From Candidatus Limnocylindria bacterium (GTDB taxonomy: Bacteria; Chloroflexota; Limnocylindria; QHBO01), in assembly GCA_046262115.1 (NCBI GenBank), contig JBHENJ010000029.1, positions 1-61,908 of the forward strand: DNA of 61,908 nucleotides, written 5' to 3'. The notes below the pieces were generated by a model. It worked only from the letters and a program-made list of their open reading frames with translations. It ran no database searches and was not told the DNA's origin. How positions within the stretch are numbered: position 1 is the first letter of the stretch; every line of letters starts with the position of its first letter. A program made the position numbers and the translations under genes. Shown piece after piece: positions 45,214 through 55,261 of the stretch.

Positions 45214-47004
45214 ATGAAGACCGCCCTGCGAACGCACACCTGCGGCGAGCTGCGCGCCTCGCGTGCCGGGGAGCGCGTGACGCTGTCCGGCTGGGTCCAC
45301 CGGCGCCGCGATCACGGCCACCTCACCTTCATCGACCTGCGCGACCGATACGGGATCACCCAGATCGTCACCAGCGCGGAGCTCGGCGCCGAGGCGCACG
45401 AGGCTGCCGCGGAGGTGCGCAGCGAGTGGGTGGTGCGGGTCGAGGGAACCGTCCGCCATCGGCCAGAAGGCACCGTCAACGTCGAGCTCCCGACCGGCGA
45501 GATCGAGGTCGCCGTCGATCGGCTCGAGGTCCTCAACGAGAGCCGCCTGCCGCCCTTCTATATCAATGAAGAGCAGCCTGGCCTGGACGAGACGCTGCGC
45601 CTCCGATATCGGTACCTCGACCTCCGGCGTCCGGACATGCAGCAGCGGATGCTGATGCGCAGCCGGCTCACGGGCGCGGTGCGCCGCTGCCTGGAGGAGA
45701 TGGGCTTCGCAGACATCGAAACGCCGATCCTGATCCGCAGCACCCCCGAGGGCGCCCGCGACATGGTCGTCCCCAGCCGGCTCCAGCAGGGCAAGTTCTT
45801 CGCGCTGCCGCAGTCCCCCCAGCAGCTCAAGCAGATCCTTATGGTGGCCGGCTACGACCGCTACTACCAGCTCGCGCACTGCGTCCGCGACGAGGACACG
45901 CGGGCGGACCGCGGGCCCGAATTCACGCAGATCGACCTCGAGATGAGCTTTGTTCACCGCGACGACGTGCTCGACGCGGTGGAGCGGATGGTGACCTCGG
46001 TGACCGGCGAGGTGCTGCCCAAGCGGCCGATCCTCGAGTCGCCGTTCCCTCGCCTGACCTACCGCGAGGCCATGGATCGATACGGATCGGACAAGCCCGA
46101 CGTGCGTTTCGGGATGGAGCTGGTCGACCTGACCGAAACCGTCCGCGGCCTCGACTTCCGGGTCTTCGCCGAGCCGATCGCCGCCGGCGGCGCCGTGAAG
46201 GGGATCCGGGCCGAGGGGATCGGCGGCTACAGCCGCTCGCAGATCGACGAGCTGACCCGGGCGGCCCGGACCTTCGGCGCCGCGGGGCTCGTCTCACTCG
46301 CCGTCGAGGCCGATGGCTCCCTGCGCGGCGCCGCGGCCCGCTTCTTCGACGACGCGGCCCGCTCCGCGCTGCTCGCGGGGACGGGCGGCCAGCCGGGCGA
46401 CCTGCTGCTCATCGTTGCGGACGCCGACAGCGAGGTCGCGGCCGAGGCGCTCGGGAAGCTGCGGCTCGAAGTGGGCGATCGGCTCGGACTGCGCAGGCCC
46501 GATGTCCTGGCGTACGTCTGGATCACCGACTTCCCGATGTTCAAGTGGGACGCCGAGAACGCACGCTGGGACGCGACCCACAACCCTTTCAGCGCGCCGG
46601 CCTGGGAGGAGGAGGCGCTGCTCGACAGCGACCCCGAATCGGTCCGGGCGCAGCAATACGACATCGCGCTCAACGGTTGGGAGCTCGGCGGCGGGTCGAT
46701 CCGGATCCATCGCCGCGACCTGCTCGAGAAGGCGTTCCGGCTGATGGGCCACTCGGTCGAGGGGATGCGCGACCAGTTCGGCGCCCTGCTGGACGCCCTC
46801 GAGTACGGCGCGCCGCCGCACGGTGGGATTGCCATTGGCGTGGACCGATGGGCCGCCCTCCTCGCGGCCCAAGAGAACATCCGGGAGGTGATGGCGTTCC
46901 CGAAGACGCAGTCGGGGAGCGACCTCATGCTGGGCGCTCCCTCGCCGCTCGCGGCGGAGCAGCTAGCGGAGCTCGGCCTTGCGCTCGTCGACCCAGACGC
47001 CTGA
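45214..47004 (+). CDS. aspS: Aspartate--tRNA ligase
   Basis: ORF 45214..47004: OB-fold N-terminus, FRDEDLRADR-like CVRDEDTRADRGPEFTQID, GGGSIRIH, GIAIGVDR. Confidence 0.95.
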   Translation: MKTALRTHTCGELRASRAGERVTLSGWVHRRRDHGHLTFIDLRDRYGITQIVTSAELGAEAHEAAAEVRSEWVVRVEGTVRHRPEGTVNVELPTGEIEVAVDRLEVLNESRLPPFYINEEQPGLDETLRLRYRYLDLRRPDMQQRMLMRSRLTGAVRRCLEEMGFADIETPILIRSTPEGARDMVVPSRLQQGKFFALPQSPQQLKQILMVAGYDRYYQLAHCVRDEDTRADRGPEFTQIDLEMSFVHRDDVLDAVERMVTSVTGEVLPKRPILESPFPRLTYREAMDRYGSDKPDVRFGMELVDLTETVRGLDFRVFAEPIAAGGAVKGIRAEGIGGYSRSQIDELTRAARTFGAAGLVSLAVEADGSLRGAAARFFDDAARSALLAGTGGQPGDLLLIVADADSEVAAEALGKLRLEVGDRLGLRRPDVLAYVWITDFPMFKWDAENARWDATHNPFSAPAWEEEALLDSDPESVRAQQYDIALNGWELGGGSIRIHRRDLLEKAFRLMGHSVEGMRDQFGALLDALEYGAPPHGGIAIGVDRWAALLAAQENIREVMAFPKTQSGSDLMLGAPSPLAAEQLAELGLALVDPDA

Positions 47005-47644
47005 TCGACCCCTCGACGAGGTCGGGCTGCGGACCTCCGTCGATCTCCTGGCGCGACAAGATGAGGATCTCGCGCGGGTGGTGGCCCGACATGGGCATCC
47101 GCCACTCTGGGCGCGCGAGCCGACCTTCCAGACGCTGGTGTTGATCATCCTCGAGCAGCAGGTTTCGCTGGCGTCGGCCCGGGCCGCCTATCGACGACTC
47201 GAGGCCGCGGTATCGGTCGTCGAGCCGGCGCGCGTCGCAACGATGAGTGATGCCGCAGCGATCGCCGCGGGTCTGACGCGACAGAAGCGTGGCTATCTCA
47301 GCGAGCTCGCGGCCCGAGTGCTGTCGGGGGAGCTGGACCTCGACGCCGTCGCCGCGGGTCCCGACGACGCAGCCCGAACGCTGCTCACCATCGTGCCGGG
47401 GATCGGTCGGTGGAGTGGCGACGTGTATCTGCTCATGGCGCTCGGTCGGCCGGACGTTTGGCCGATCGACGATATCGCTCTCGCCGCATCGGCTCGGGCG
47501 GTCAAGCGACTCTCACGACGGCCTTCACCCGACGAGCTGGCGCAGATCGGCAAACCGTGGCGGCCGTGGCGCTCCGCGGCGGCCAGACTGCTCTGGCACG
47601 CCTACCTCGCCCGCGATCGCGCTTCCCAGCGTGAGGGCGGCTAG
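46979..47644 (+). CDS. HhH-GPD DNA glycosylase (AlkA / 3-methyladenine glycosylase II-like)
   Basis: ORF 46979..47644: ILEQQVSLASARAAYRRL, VPGIGRWSGDVYLLMALGRPDVWPIDD. Confidence 0.7.
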   Translation: MRSSTQTPDRPLDEVGLRTSVDLLARQDEDLARVVARHGHPPLWAREPTFQTLVLIILEQQVSLASARAAYRRLEAAVSVVEPARVATMSDAAAIAAGLTRQKRGYLSELAARVLSGELDLDAVAAGPDDAARTLLTIVPGIGRWSGDVYLLMALGRPDVWPIDDIALAASARAVKRLSRRPSPDELAQIGKPWRPWRSAAARLLWHAYLARDRASQREGG

Positions 47645-48388
47645 CCGCCACGTCGCGTCGCGATCGTGATGATCTCCGGGCTGCTCGGGCTGAACGGCTG
47701 ACGGTCCCAGTCGCCGAACTGCTGCTCGATGACGAGGCCCGCATCGGTCAGGAACGACGCCAGCGTCTTGGCGTCGAGGAAGCGAAGCGTGCTGGAGCTG
47801 TATTGTTGCGAGTCCCAGCTCCGGCTCGTGTACCTCGTGGTGAACCGAACGACGTCGCCGACGACGGGCGTCTCCACGTTCGACTCCCATCGAACGCGGG
47901 TGCCCGTGGCATCGATGAAGTCGTAGCCTTTGGCCGGGATCCATTCCTCCCACCGCCGAACGAGCGGGTTGCGGGTCTCGAACGCGAAAACGACCACGGT
48001 CGGTCAGCGCGGTGCGAATCGACCAGAGAGCGGAGCGGATCTCCTGGTCGCTCACGAGGACCTGGAACGCGTGCCCGGTCATGACGACCAGGTCGAACTC
48101 TCCATCGCCTGCGACCGATGCGAGATCGCCCAGGATCCAATCGATATCGGTGTGCCTGCGCGCCTGCGCGAGCATTCCGGGCGCCGGATCCAACCCCACG
48201 AGTCGACCGGGGTGACCGGCGGCCCGGGCCTGATGGAGAAGTGCGCCGGTGCCGCAGCCCACGTCGAGCACGGCGATCGCCGACATTACCAGCGGCAGGT
48301 AGAACGCGAGGTCGTCGCGCTCCTCGGGCGGATGCTCGCTGTCGTAGAGCGCGGCGAGGCGCGCGTCCGAGAACTGACGATCGGCCAC
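47641..48388 (-). pseudogene. Class I SAM-dependent methyltransferase with one frameshift
   Basis: The N-terminal part is in the frame of ORF 47525..48769 (VLDVGCGTGAL...LVVMTGHAFQ...IRTALTDRGRF). The C-terminal part is in ORF 47641..47997 (VFAFETRNPLVRRWEEW...). A 1-nt insertion lies near 47985-47990. Confidence 0.6.
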
Positions 48389-48398
48389 TGCTGCGCGG

Positions 48399-48788
48399 CT
48401 ACTCGGGCGCGGGCTCGTAGCTGCCATCGGCATCGTGAGTCTCGCGGCCGGTGAGCGGCGGATTGAAGACGCACACCAGCCGGACGCCGGCCTGGCCGGT
48501 GCGCAGGACGTGGCGGTCGTGCTGGTCGAGCGCGTACACCGTCCCCGGCGCGATCCGCTGCCGCTCGCCCGTGGCGAGATCTTCGATCTCCGCCTCGCCA
48601 TCGGTGCAGAAGCAGGCCTCGAGATGGTGCTTGTACCAGAGCCGCATCTCGGCGCCGGGGTCCACCACCACGTCGTGCAGCGAGTACCCCATGCCGTCGC
48701 CGCGCAGCAGAAGCCGGCGGCTGGCCCAACCCTCGCCGCGAACGTCGCGATCGGTATCGAGGATCTCATCGACGCTCCTGACGATCAT
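48399..48788 (-). CDS. ectC: EctC-type cupin (L-ectoine synthase family), solitary
   Basis: ORF 48399..48830 trimmed to [16 protein letters not shown]...[54 protein letters not shown] Shine-Dalgarno sequence. No ectA or ectB in the window. Confidence 0.7.
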   Translation of the reverse strand: MIVRSVDEILDTDRDVRGEGWASRRLLLRGDGMGYSLHDVVVDPGAEMRLWYKHHLEACFCTDGEAEIEDLATGERQRIAPGTVYALDQHDRHVLRTGQAGVRLVCVFNPPLTGRETHDADGSYEPAPE

Positions 48789-48822
48789 CGGGCACCTCCA
48801 ATCGGTCCATAATCGGCCGACC

Positions 48823-49992
48823 ATGGCCATCTATCTCGACCACGCTGCCACAACCCCTCTGCGACCCGAGGTCGTCAACGCGATGGTGCCGTATTTCACG
48901 GAGCATTGGGGCAACCCGTCCAGCATCCACGCCGCAGGCCGGCGCGCGCGGCAGGGGCTCGACGAGGCGCGAGAGACGGTGGCGCGGATCATCGGCGCCA
49001 AACCGCGCGAGGTCGTCTTCACCAGCGGCGGCAGCGAGTCCGACAACCTGGCGATCAAGGGCGTGGCGTGGGCCGCATCTGCCCGCGGGCGGCACATCAT
49101 CACCAGCTCCGTCGAGCACAAGGCGGTGCTCCAGACCTGCCAGATCCTCGAGCGGCGCGGGTTCAAGGTGACGTATCTGCCGGTGGGCCGATACGGACGC
49201 GTCGACCCCGGCGACGTCGAGGCCGCCATCACCGAGCGGACGATCCTCGTCTCGATCATGTACGCCAACAACGAGGTCGGCACTATCCAGCCGATCGCGG
49301 AGATCGGCTCGATCACGCGCGGACATCGGATCCTCTTCCACACCGATGCCGTGCAGGCGGGCGGCTACCTCCCGCTCGACGTGGACGCGCTCCCGGTCGA
49401 CCTGATGAGCCTCGGGGCGCATAAGCTCTACGGCCCGAAGGGCGTCGGCGCGCTGTTCATCCGGCAGGGGACGCAGATCGTCCCCGAGATCCACGGCGGC
49501 TCGCAGGAGCGGCAGCGGCGCGCGGGGACCGAGAACGTTCCGCTCATCGTGGGGTTCGCGAGGGCGCTCGAGCTGGCGCAGGGCGACGAGCCGGCGCGCG
49601 ACGCCGAGAATCGGCGGCAGTCCGAGCTCCGCGACCGGCTCATCGAGGGGCTCACCGCCCTGCCCGGCGTCGCGGTCGCAGGGCACCCCACCGAGCGGAT
49701 GCCCAACAACGCCGCGTTCCTGATCGACGGCATCGAGGGCGGGGAGCTCGTCGCGGCGCTCGACCTTGAGGGCATCGAGACGTCGACCGGCAGTGCGTGC
49801 ACGTCGGGGAGTACCGATCCCAGTCACGCCCTTCTGGCGATGGGCATCGACCCGCTGCGCGCCCACGGGTCGCTGCGGCTCAGCGTGGGGCGCGACACGA
49901 CCGTCGACGAGGTGATGGAGAGCGTTGCTACCATCGGCCGCCTGGTCGAGCGGGTGCGCTCGTACTCCGGGGCGGTGCTCGCAGCGGTCTGA
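48823..49992 (+). CDS. iscS: Cysteine desulfurase (NifS/IscS class)
   Basis: ORF 48451..49992 trimmed to [12 protein letters not shown]. Motifs: [18 protein letters not shown] (PLP Lys), SGSACTSG. Confidence 0.9.
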   Translation: MAIYLDHAATTPLRPEVVNAMVPYFTEHWGNPSSIHAAGRRARQGLDEARETVARIIGAKPREVVFTSGGSESDNLAIKGVAWAASARGRHIITSSVEHKAVLQTCQILERRGFKVTYLPVGRYGRVDPGDVEAAITERTILVSIMYANNEVGTIQPIAEIGSITRGHRILFHTDAVQAGGYLPLDVDALPVDLMSLGAHKLYGPKGVGALFIRQGTQIVPEIHGGSQERQRRAGTENVPLIVGFARALELAQGDEPARDAENRRQSELRDRLIEGLTALPGVAVAGHPTERMPNNAAFLIDGIEGGELVAALDLEGIETSTGSACTSGSTDPSHALLAMGIDPLRAHGSLRLSVGRDTTVDEVMESVATIGRLVERVRSYSGAVLAAV

Positions 49993-51083
49993 TGACGCGC
50001 ACGGTCGCGGCCATGTCCGGCGGCGTCGACTCGAGCGTCGCGGCCGCGATGCTCGCCGCCGAGGCGCGGGACTCCGGCGACGAGGTCGTCGGCGTCTGGA
50101 TGCGGCTGCACCGGGACCGCGGGGAGGGCTACGAGCTGAAGCGCTCCTGCTGCTCGCCCGACGCGGCCGACGACGCGCGGCGCGTGGCGCAGATCGCCGG
50201 GATCCCGTTCTTCGTGCTCAACGTCGAGCGAGAGTTCGGCGAGCGGGTGATCGACGCGTTCACGGACGCGTACCTGGCCGGCGAGACCCCGAACCCGTGC
50301 AGCCTCTGCAACCAGTACATCAAATTCGACGAGCTGCTGCGGCGCGGGCTGGGCGCCTACGGCGCGGAGGCCGTGGCGACCGGCCACTACGCGCGGATCG
50401 AGCGGGACGGCGACGGGACGTATCGGCTTCTGCGGGCGCTCGATCGCAACAAGGATCAGACGTACTTCCTGTGGATGCTGAACCAGCACCAGTTGGCGCG
50501 CACCCGCTTCCCGCTGGGCGGGCTGCTGAAGCCGGAGGTGCGGCGGATCGCCGCGAAGCTCGGGCTTCCGACCGCCGACAAGCCCGAGTCGCAGGAGATC
50601 TGCTTCGTGCCGCTCGGCGACTACCGCGAGCTGCTCGCCGAGCGGCACGGCTACGAGGGCGAGGAGGGTGCGATCGTCGCGGCCGACGGCGCGCGACTGG
50701 GCACGCACTCCGGGTACGCCCACTTCACGGTGGGTCAGCGCCGCGGACTGGGCGTCGCGACCGGCGAGGCACGCTACGTCCTCGAGGTGCGCCCGGAGCG
50801 CAACGAGGTCGTGGTCGGCGCGCGCGGAGACGCACTCAGCGACCGCATCGTCGTGGAGGGCGCGCGCTTCGTCGGCGGCGGCCCGCCCGGGGACGCGTTC
50901 GAGGCGAGCGTGAAGATCCGCCACCACGGCCCGGACGTCGCCTGTAGGGTCGAGGTCGCCCGGGCTGGACAGCGCCTCGACATCCAGACCGCGGAGCCGG
51001 TGTGGGCGGCGGCGCCCGGACAGGCGGCGGTCCTGTACCGCGCCGACGAGTGCCTTGGCGGGGGACGCATCGCGCGCGCATGA
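49992..51083 (+). CDS. mnmA: tRNA 2-thiouridine(34) synthase MnmA
   Basis: ORF 49797..51083 trimmed to [18 protein letters not shown]. Motifs: NPCSLCN, ATGHYAR. Confidence 0.9.
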   Translation: MTRTVAAMSGGVDSSVAAAMLAAEARDSGDEVVGVWMRLHRDRGEGYELKRSCCSPDAADDARRVAQIAGIPFFVLNVEREFGERVIDAFTDAYLAGETPNPCSLCNQYIKFDELLRRGLGAYGAEAVATGHYARIERDGDGTYRLLRALDRNKDQTYFLWMLNQHQLARTRFPLGGLLKPEVRRIAAKLGLPTADKPESQEICFVPLGDYRELLAERHGYEGEEGAIVAADGARLGTHSGYAHFTVGQRRGLGVATGEARYVLEVRPERNEVVVGARGDALSDRIVVEGARFVGGGPPGDAFEASVKIRHHGPDVACRVEVARAGQRLDIQTAEPVWAAAPGQAAVLYRADECLGGGRIARA

Positions 51084-51352
51084 GCCCGTGGCTGGTGCTG
51101 TCGCTCCTGACCGCCGGGATCAACCTCTCGATCTTCCTCGTGATCCGCGGTCGCTGGGACCGACTCGCGCCGATGCTCGCACTCGCGGCGGTCGTCGGCG
51201 CGATGGTCGGCAACGCGCTCGGTGATGCGACGCGCGTCGAGGCGGTCCGGATCGGCGACTTCAACCTCGTCGCCGCATCCGTCGTGGCGCAGCTCGGGAT
51301 GCTCGCCACGCTGCTGCTGACGGTCCTCGGTCCGCAGCGGCGGACGGACTGA
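51080..51352 (+). CDS. Small membrane protein of unknown function
   Basis: ATGA overlap with the mnmA stop. MSPWLVLSLLTAGINLSIFLVIRG..., three hydrophobic segments. Confidence 0.5.
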   Translation: MSPWLVLSLLTAGINLSIFLVIRGRWDRLAPMLALAAVVGAMVGNALGDATRVEAVRIGDFNLVAASVVAQLGMLATLLLTVLGPQRRTD

Positions 51353-51358
51353 AGGCCG

Positions 51359-51811
51359 ATGGACGTCGCGTCCTTCGTCTACAGCGCCGGTGTCGGGATC
51401 GGCCTGCTGCTGATCGGCGTCGCGGCGCTGGTGCTCGTCGTCGCGAGCCTCCCCCTGCTGCGCGAGAGCCGCCGCCTGGTAACCGATGCGCGCCGGCTCG
51501 CGGCGCTCGCCGACAGCGAGCTCCGTCCCACGCTCGAGCGACTGCGCGAGGTCGCAGCGCGGCTCGAGGCGCTCTCGGGCGAGGCGCCGGCGCGGCTCGA
51601 CCGGCTGGACGTCCTCATGGACAACGCGGATGCCACGCTGACCTCCGTCCGCACGGCCAGCGACATGGTCGCGCGCTACGCCGGCGTCCCGGGCGCCGGC
51701 ATCGCGACGGTGGCCGCCAGGCTCCGGCGAGCGCGCGACGTCTTCGGTCGCGGACGGGCTGGCGGCGCGCCGGTAGAATCGTGGCCCAACACGGAGGAAC
51801 CGGGCAGATGA
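51359..51811 (+). CDS. DUF948-like membrane-anchored coiled-coil protein
   Basis: ORF 51359..51811: N-terminal TM segment, then a helical region rich in L, R and A. Confidence 0.5.
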   Translation: MDVASFVYSAGVGIGLLLIGVAALVLVVASLPLLRESRRLVTDARRLAALADSELRPTLERLREVAARLEALSGEAPARLDRLDVLMDNADATLTSVRTASDMVARYAGVPGAGIATVAARLRRARDVFGRGRAGGAPVESWPNTEEPGR

Positions 51812-52083
51812 GAGATTCCGGATTCGGCAGCTTCCTGGCCGGCGTGGTCATCGGCGGGCTCGTCGGCGCGGCGGTGGGACTGCTGCTGGCGCCGCAGGCG
51901 GGCGACCAGATGCGAGAGCAGCTCGGCGAGTTCGTCGACGAGAAGCGCTCGCAGCTCGGCGATGCGATCAGCGAGGGCAAGGCGGCCGCGGCGCGCGCGA
52001 GAGAGCAGATGACCGGCGGCAGCGACGTGGACGAGACGGCGACCTGGCCCGCCCACGACGCCGCGGCCACGGAACCCGCGTAA
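51808..52083 (+). CDS. YtxH-domain protein
   Basis: ORF 51781..52083 trimmed to MRDSGFGSFLAGVVIGGLVGAAVGLLLAPQAG (ATGA overlap). Confidence 0.6.
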   Translation: MRDSGFGSFLAGVVIGGLVGAAVGLLLAPQAGDQMREQLGEFVDEKRSQLGDAISEGKAAAARAREQMTGGSDVDETATWPAHDAAATEPA

Positions 52084-52130
52084 CGCCGGGCTCGATCGGT
52101 GCACGACACAGGCACCGCAAAGAGACCACC

Positions 52131-52154
52131 GAGAGCCGGCGAACACCGGCTCTC
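52131..52154 (+). terminator. 9-bp hairpin GAGAGCCGG-cgaaca-CCGGCTCTC
   Basis: Lies between ytxH-like and alaS. No clear U-tract. Confidence 0.3.
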
Positions 52155-52175
52155 GTGCTGTAGAGCGCCGAATCG

Positions 52176-54824
52176 ATGCAGCCACTGACGGCAGCCGAGG
52201 TCCGCGAGCGCTTCCAGCGCTTCTTCGAGGAGCGCGGGCATACCCGCGTGCCCTCGGCGCCCCTGCTGGCGCGCGATGACCCGACGCTGCTCTTCGTCAA
52301 CTCGGGGATGGTGCCGTTCAAGCGGGTGCTGACCGGCGAGGAGACGCGTCCGTATCGGCGCGCGGTCGACTCGCAGGTCTGCCTCCGCGTGGCGGGCAAG
52401 CACAACGACTTCGAGGAGGTGGGACGGACGCCGCGCCACCAGACCCTGTTCGAGATGCTCGGCAGCTGGAGCTTCGGCGACTACTTCAAGGCCGATGCGA
52501 TCCGCTGGCACTGGCAGCTGCTCACCGAGGAGCTCGGCATCCCGCCCGATCGGCTGGCGGCCACGGTCTACAACGATGACGACGAGGCCCATGACCTGTG
52601 GCGCACCGCGATCCGGCTTCCGGAAGAGCGGATCGTGCGCTGGGGGAACATCGCGGCCGGCGACGAGAAGAACTTCTGGAGCATGGGCGCCACCGGCCCG
52701 TGCGGGCCGTGCAGCGAGATCCACTACGACCGCGGGATCGAGCTCTCCGAGGGACCGCACTGCATCCCCGACCACGCGGAGACGTGCCCACGCTGGCTCG
52801 AGGTCGGCAACCTCGTGTTCATGCAGTTCGACCGCGCCGTGGACGGGACGCTCACTCCGCTGCCGATGAAGAGCGTCGACACCGGCACCGGTCTCGAACG
52901 GCTGACATCGGTCCTCCAGGGGGTCGACTCGAACTACCGGACCGATCTGTTCGTGCCGATTGTCGATCGCCTGGCGCAGCTCATCGGCCACCGTCCCGAC
53001 GAGGTGGAGGCCGAGCGCTTCAGCTACCAGGTGGTGGCCGACCACAGCCGAGCAACGACGTTCCTCCTCGCGGACGGCGTCGAGCCGTCGAACGAGGGCG
53101 CGGGATACGTCCTCCGCCGGATCATGCGCCGCGCGATCCGGCACGGGCGCCTGATGGGGATCGACCGCCCGTTCCTGGGCGAGACGTGCGCCGTCGTGAT
53201 CGAGATCATGGGAGACGCCTACCCCGCGGTCCGGGAACGTCGCGACGCGGTCCTCGCCACAGTCGAAGCCGAGGAAGGCAAGTTCGAGCGAACCCTCGAG
53301 GCCGGATCCGAGCGCCTCGCCGTGCTGGTCGAGCGTGCCGGGGCGGGCGGCGTGATCTCGGGAGACGAGGCGTTCCGGCTGCACGACACGTTCGGCTTTC
53401 CCATCGACCTGACGATCGAGATCGCCGCCGAGCGGGGTGTGGAGGTCGACCGCGAAGGCTTCGAGCGAGCCATGGCCGGGCAGCGCGACCGGTCCCGCGC
53501 GACGCGCGCCGTGGGCGTGGCGACGCTCGACGTCGGCGACCTGCGCACGGCCTTCATCGGCTACCCGAATGAGACGCTGGCGCATGCGCTCGAGGTGCTG
53601 CTCGTCGACGACCGCGACGGCACGTCCAGCGTCGTCCTCGACCGGACGCCGTTCTACCCCGAGGGCGGCGGCCAGGTGGGCGATCGGGGCGAGGTGCGCG
53701 GCGAACGCGGGACGCTGATCGTCGAGGACACGCAGCGAGCGGGGGAAGCGATCGTGCACGTCGGTCGCCTGGAGGGCGAGTTGGCGCCCGGCGAGCGCGT
53801 CGACGCCGCGGTCGACGAGGAGGTGCGCTGGGGCGCTGCACGGAACCACACGGGGACCCATCTCCTCCACCGGGCGCTACGCGATGTGCTCGGCGAGCAG
53901 GCCAAACAGGCCGGCAGCTACGTCTCGCCGGACGCGTTGCGCTTCGACTTTCCGGCCTCGGGACCGACGCCGCGCGAGCAGTTGCGGGCGGCCGAGCGGA
54001 TCGTCAATGCCCACGTCCGGCGCGACGCCCCTGTCCTCGCGACCGAGATGCCCCTCGCCGAGGCGCAGGCGCTCGGCGCCGACATGTTCTTCGGCGAGAA
54101 GTACGTCCCCGAGTCCGTCCGCGTCGTGCGCGTCGACGGCTACTCGAAGGAGTTGTGCGGCGGGACCCACGTGGCGTCGACGGGGCAGATCGGCGCGTTC
54201 GTCATCCTGGGCGAGTCGAGCATCGGCGCCGGGACGCGCCGCATCGAGGCGGTCACCGGCGAGGCCGCCGACGAGCTGATCGCGCGGCGGCTGGACGCGC
54301 TTCGCCGCGCCGCGCAGGTGCTGGGCGATCGGGAAGAGAACGTCCCCGCGCGCGTCGAGGCGTTGCAGGCACGTATCAGGACCCTGGAGCGCGAGGCGCG
54401 CGAGGGTCCGGCCGGCGGCAGCGCTCCAGGGGCCGGCGTTGACGTGGCCGCGCTGCTCGCGGGCGCGCAGAAGGCGGGCACGGTCACGGTCGTGGTCGAG
54501 CGGCTCCGCGAGCTCGACGCCTCCGGCCTGCGTCGCGTCGTCGACGACCTGCGTGGCCGCGCCGGCCGCTTCGTGGCGGTGATGGGTGGCGCGCGTGGCG
54601 GCCCGTCGATCGTGGTCGCTGCGAGCCGCGACCTCGTGGCGGAGGGCTTCGACGCGTCGACCGTCGTCCGCTTCGCGGGTCCGATCATCGGCGGCGGCGG
54701 CGGGGGCCGCCCGGAGATGGCGCAGGCGGGCGGCCGTGACGTCGAACGGCTCGACGATGCGATCCGGGAAGCGGCGCGCCTCTCGGTCGAGCGCCTGGCC
54801 GAGCTCGAGGCGGCGGGGCGCTGA
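52176..54824 (+). CDS. alaS: Alanine--tRNA ligase
   Basis: ORF 52176..54824: FVNSGMVPFK, WSFGDYFK, editing-domain HTGTHLLH, C-terminal DHHA1. Confidence 0.97.
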   Translation: MQPLTAAEVRERFQRFFEERGHTRVPSAPLLARDDPTLLFVNSGMVPFKRVLTGEETRPYRRAVDSQVCLRVAGKHNDFEEVGRTPRHQTLFEMLGSWSFGDYFKADAIRWHWQLLTEELGIPPDRLAATVYNDDDEAHDLWRTAIRLPEERIVRWGNIAAGDEKNFWSMGATGPCGPCSEIHYDRGIELSEGPHCIPDHAETCPRWLEVGNLVFMQFDRAVDGTLTPLPMKSVDTGTGLERLTSVLQGVDSNYRTDLFVPIVDRLAQLIGHRPDEVEAERFSYQVVADHSRATTFLLADGVEPSNEGAGYVLRRIMRRAIRHGRLMGIDRPFLGETCAVVIEIMGDAYPAVRERRDAVLATVEAEEGKFERTLEAGSERLAVLVERAGAGGVISGDEAFRLHDTFGFPIDLTIEIAAERGVEVDREGFERAMAGQRDRSRATRAVGVATLDVGDLRTAFIGYPNETLAHALEVLLVDDRDGTSSVVLDRTPFYPEGGGQVGDRGEVRGERGTLIVEDTQRAGEAIVHVGRLEGELAPGERVDAAVDEEVRWGAARNHTGTHLLHRALRDVLGEQAKQAGSYVSPDALRFDFPASGPTPREQLRAAERIVNAHVRRDAPVLATEMPLAEAQALGADMFFGEKYVPESVRVVRVDGYSKELCGGTHVASTGQIGAFVILGESSIGAGTRRIEAVTGEAADELIARRLDALRRAAQVLGDREENVPARVEALQARIRTLEREAREGPAGGSAPGAGVDVAALLAGAQKAGTVTVVVERLRELDASGLRRVVDDLRGRAGRFVAVMGGARGGPSIVVAASRDLVAEGFDASTVVRFAGPIIGGGGGGRPEMAQAGGRDVERLDDAIREAARLSVERLAELEAAGR

Positions 54825-55261
54825 CGCGCGTCGCGGCGGTCGACTACGGCAGCCGCCGCATCGGTCTTGCCGTCGCCGACGACGAGACCGCGCTGGCGTT
54901 CGCGCGGCCGGCGGTGGCCGCGCGGGGACGTCGACGCGCTGCCGAGGCGGTCGGCGATCTGCTCGCCCGCGAGGGCGTGACAAGGGTCGTCGTCGGCCTC
55001 CCGCTGCTCGAGACCGGCCGGGAAGGTGCGCAGGCGGCGGAATCGCGAGCCTTCGGCGCGCTGCTGGCGCAACGCGGCCTGGAAGTGGTCTACTGGGACG
55101 AGCGACTCAGCTCGTGGCAGGCGCGGGTCGACCTCCGCGCCGCGGGCCGCCGCCGGACCCGTGCGAGCGGCGAAGTCGACTCGGCAGCGGCTCGCGTCAT
55201 CCTGCAAGATTATTTGGACGTCCAGCGTCAACCCGCAGCTTCCCCGAAGGAGACCGAGTGA
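54821..55261 (+). CDS. ruvX: Holliday-junction resolvase-like RuvX/YqgF (apparent CTG start)
   Basis: LTRVAAVDYGSRRIGLAVAD aligns with the M-x-ILGLDLGxKxIGVA N-terminus of the family. The CTG at 54821 overlaps the alaS TGA (CTGA). The first canonical start (54914) would delete the catalytic Asp region. Confidence 0.8.
   Translation: MTRVAAVDYGSRRIGLAVADDETALAFARPAVAARGRRRAAEAVGDLLAREGVTRVVVGLPLLETGREGAQAAESRAFGALLAQRGLEVVYWDERLSSWQARVDLRAAGRRRTRASGEVDSAAARVILQDYLDVQRQPAASPKETE

Noticed and set aside
45147-45239. Longer start (ATG 45239 or 45215) for the lipoprotein gene
   Set aside because: It would overlap the divergent aspS start codon. The GTG at 45146 gives a short N-terminus leading straight into the LSSC lipobox.
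51615-53870. 751-aa minus-strand ORF
   Set aside because: It is antisense to alaS and the upstream small genes. It is a shadow ORF.
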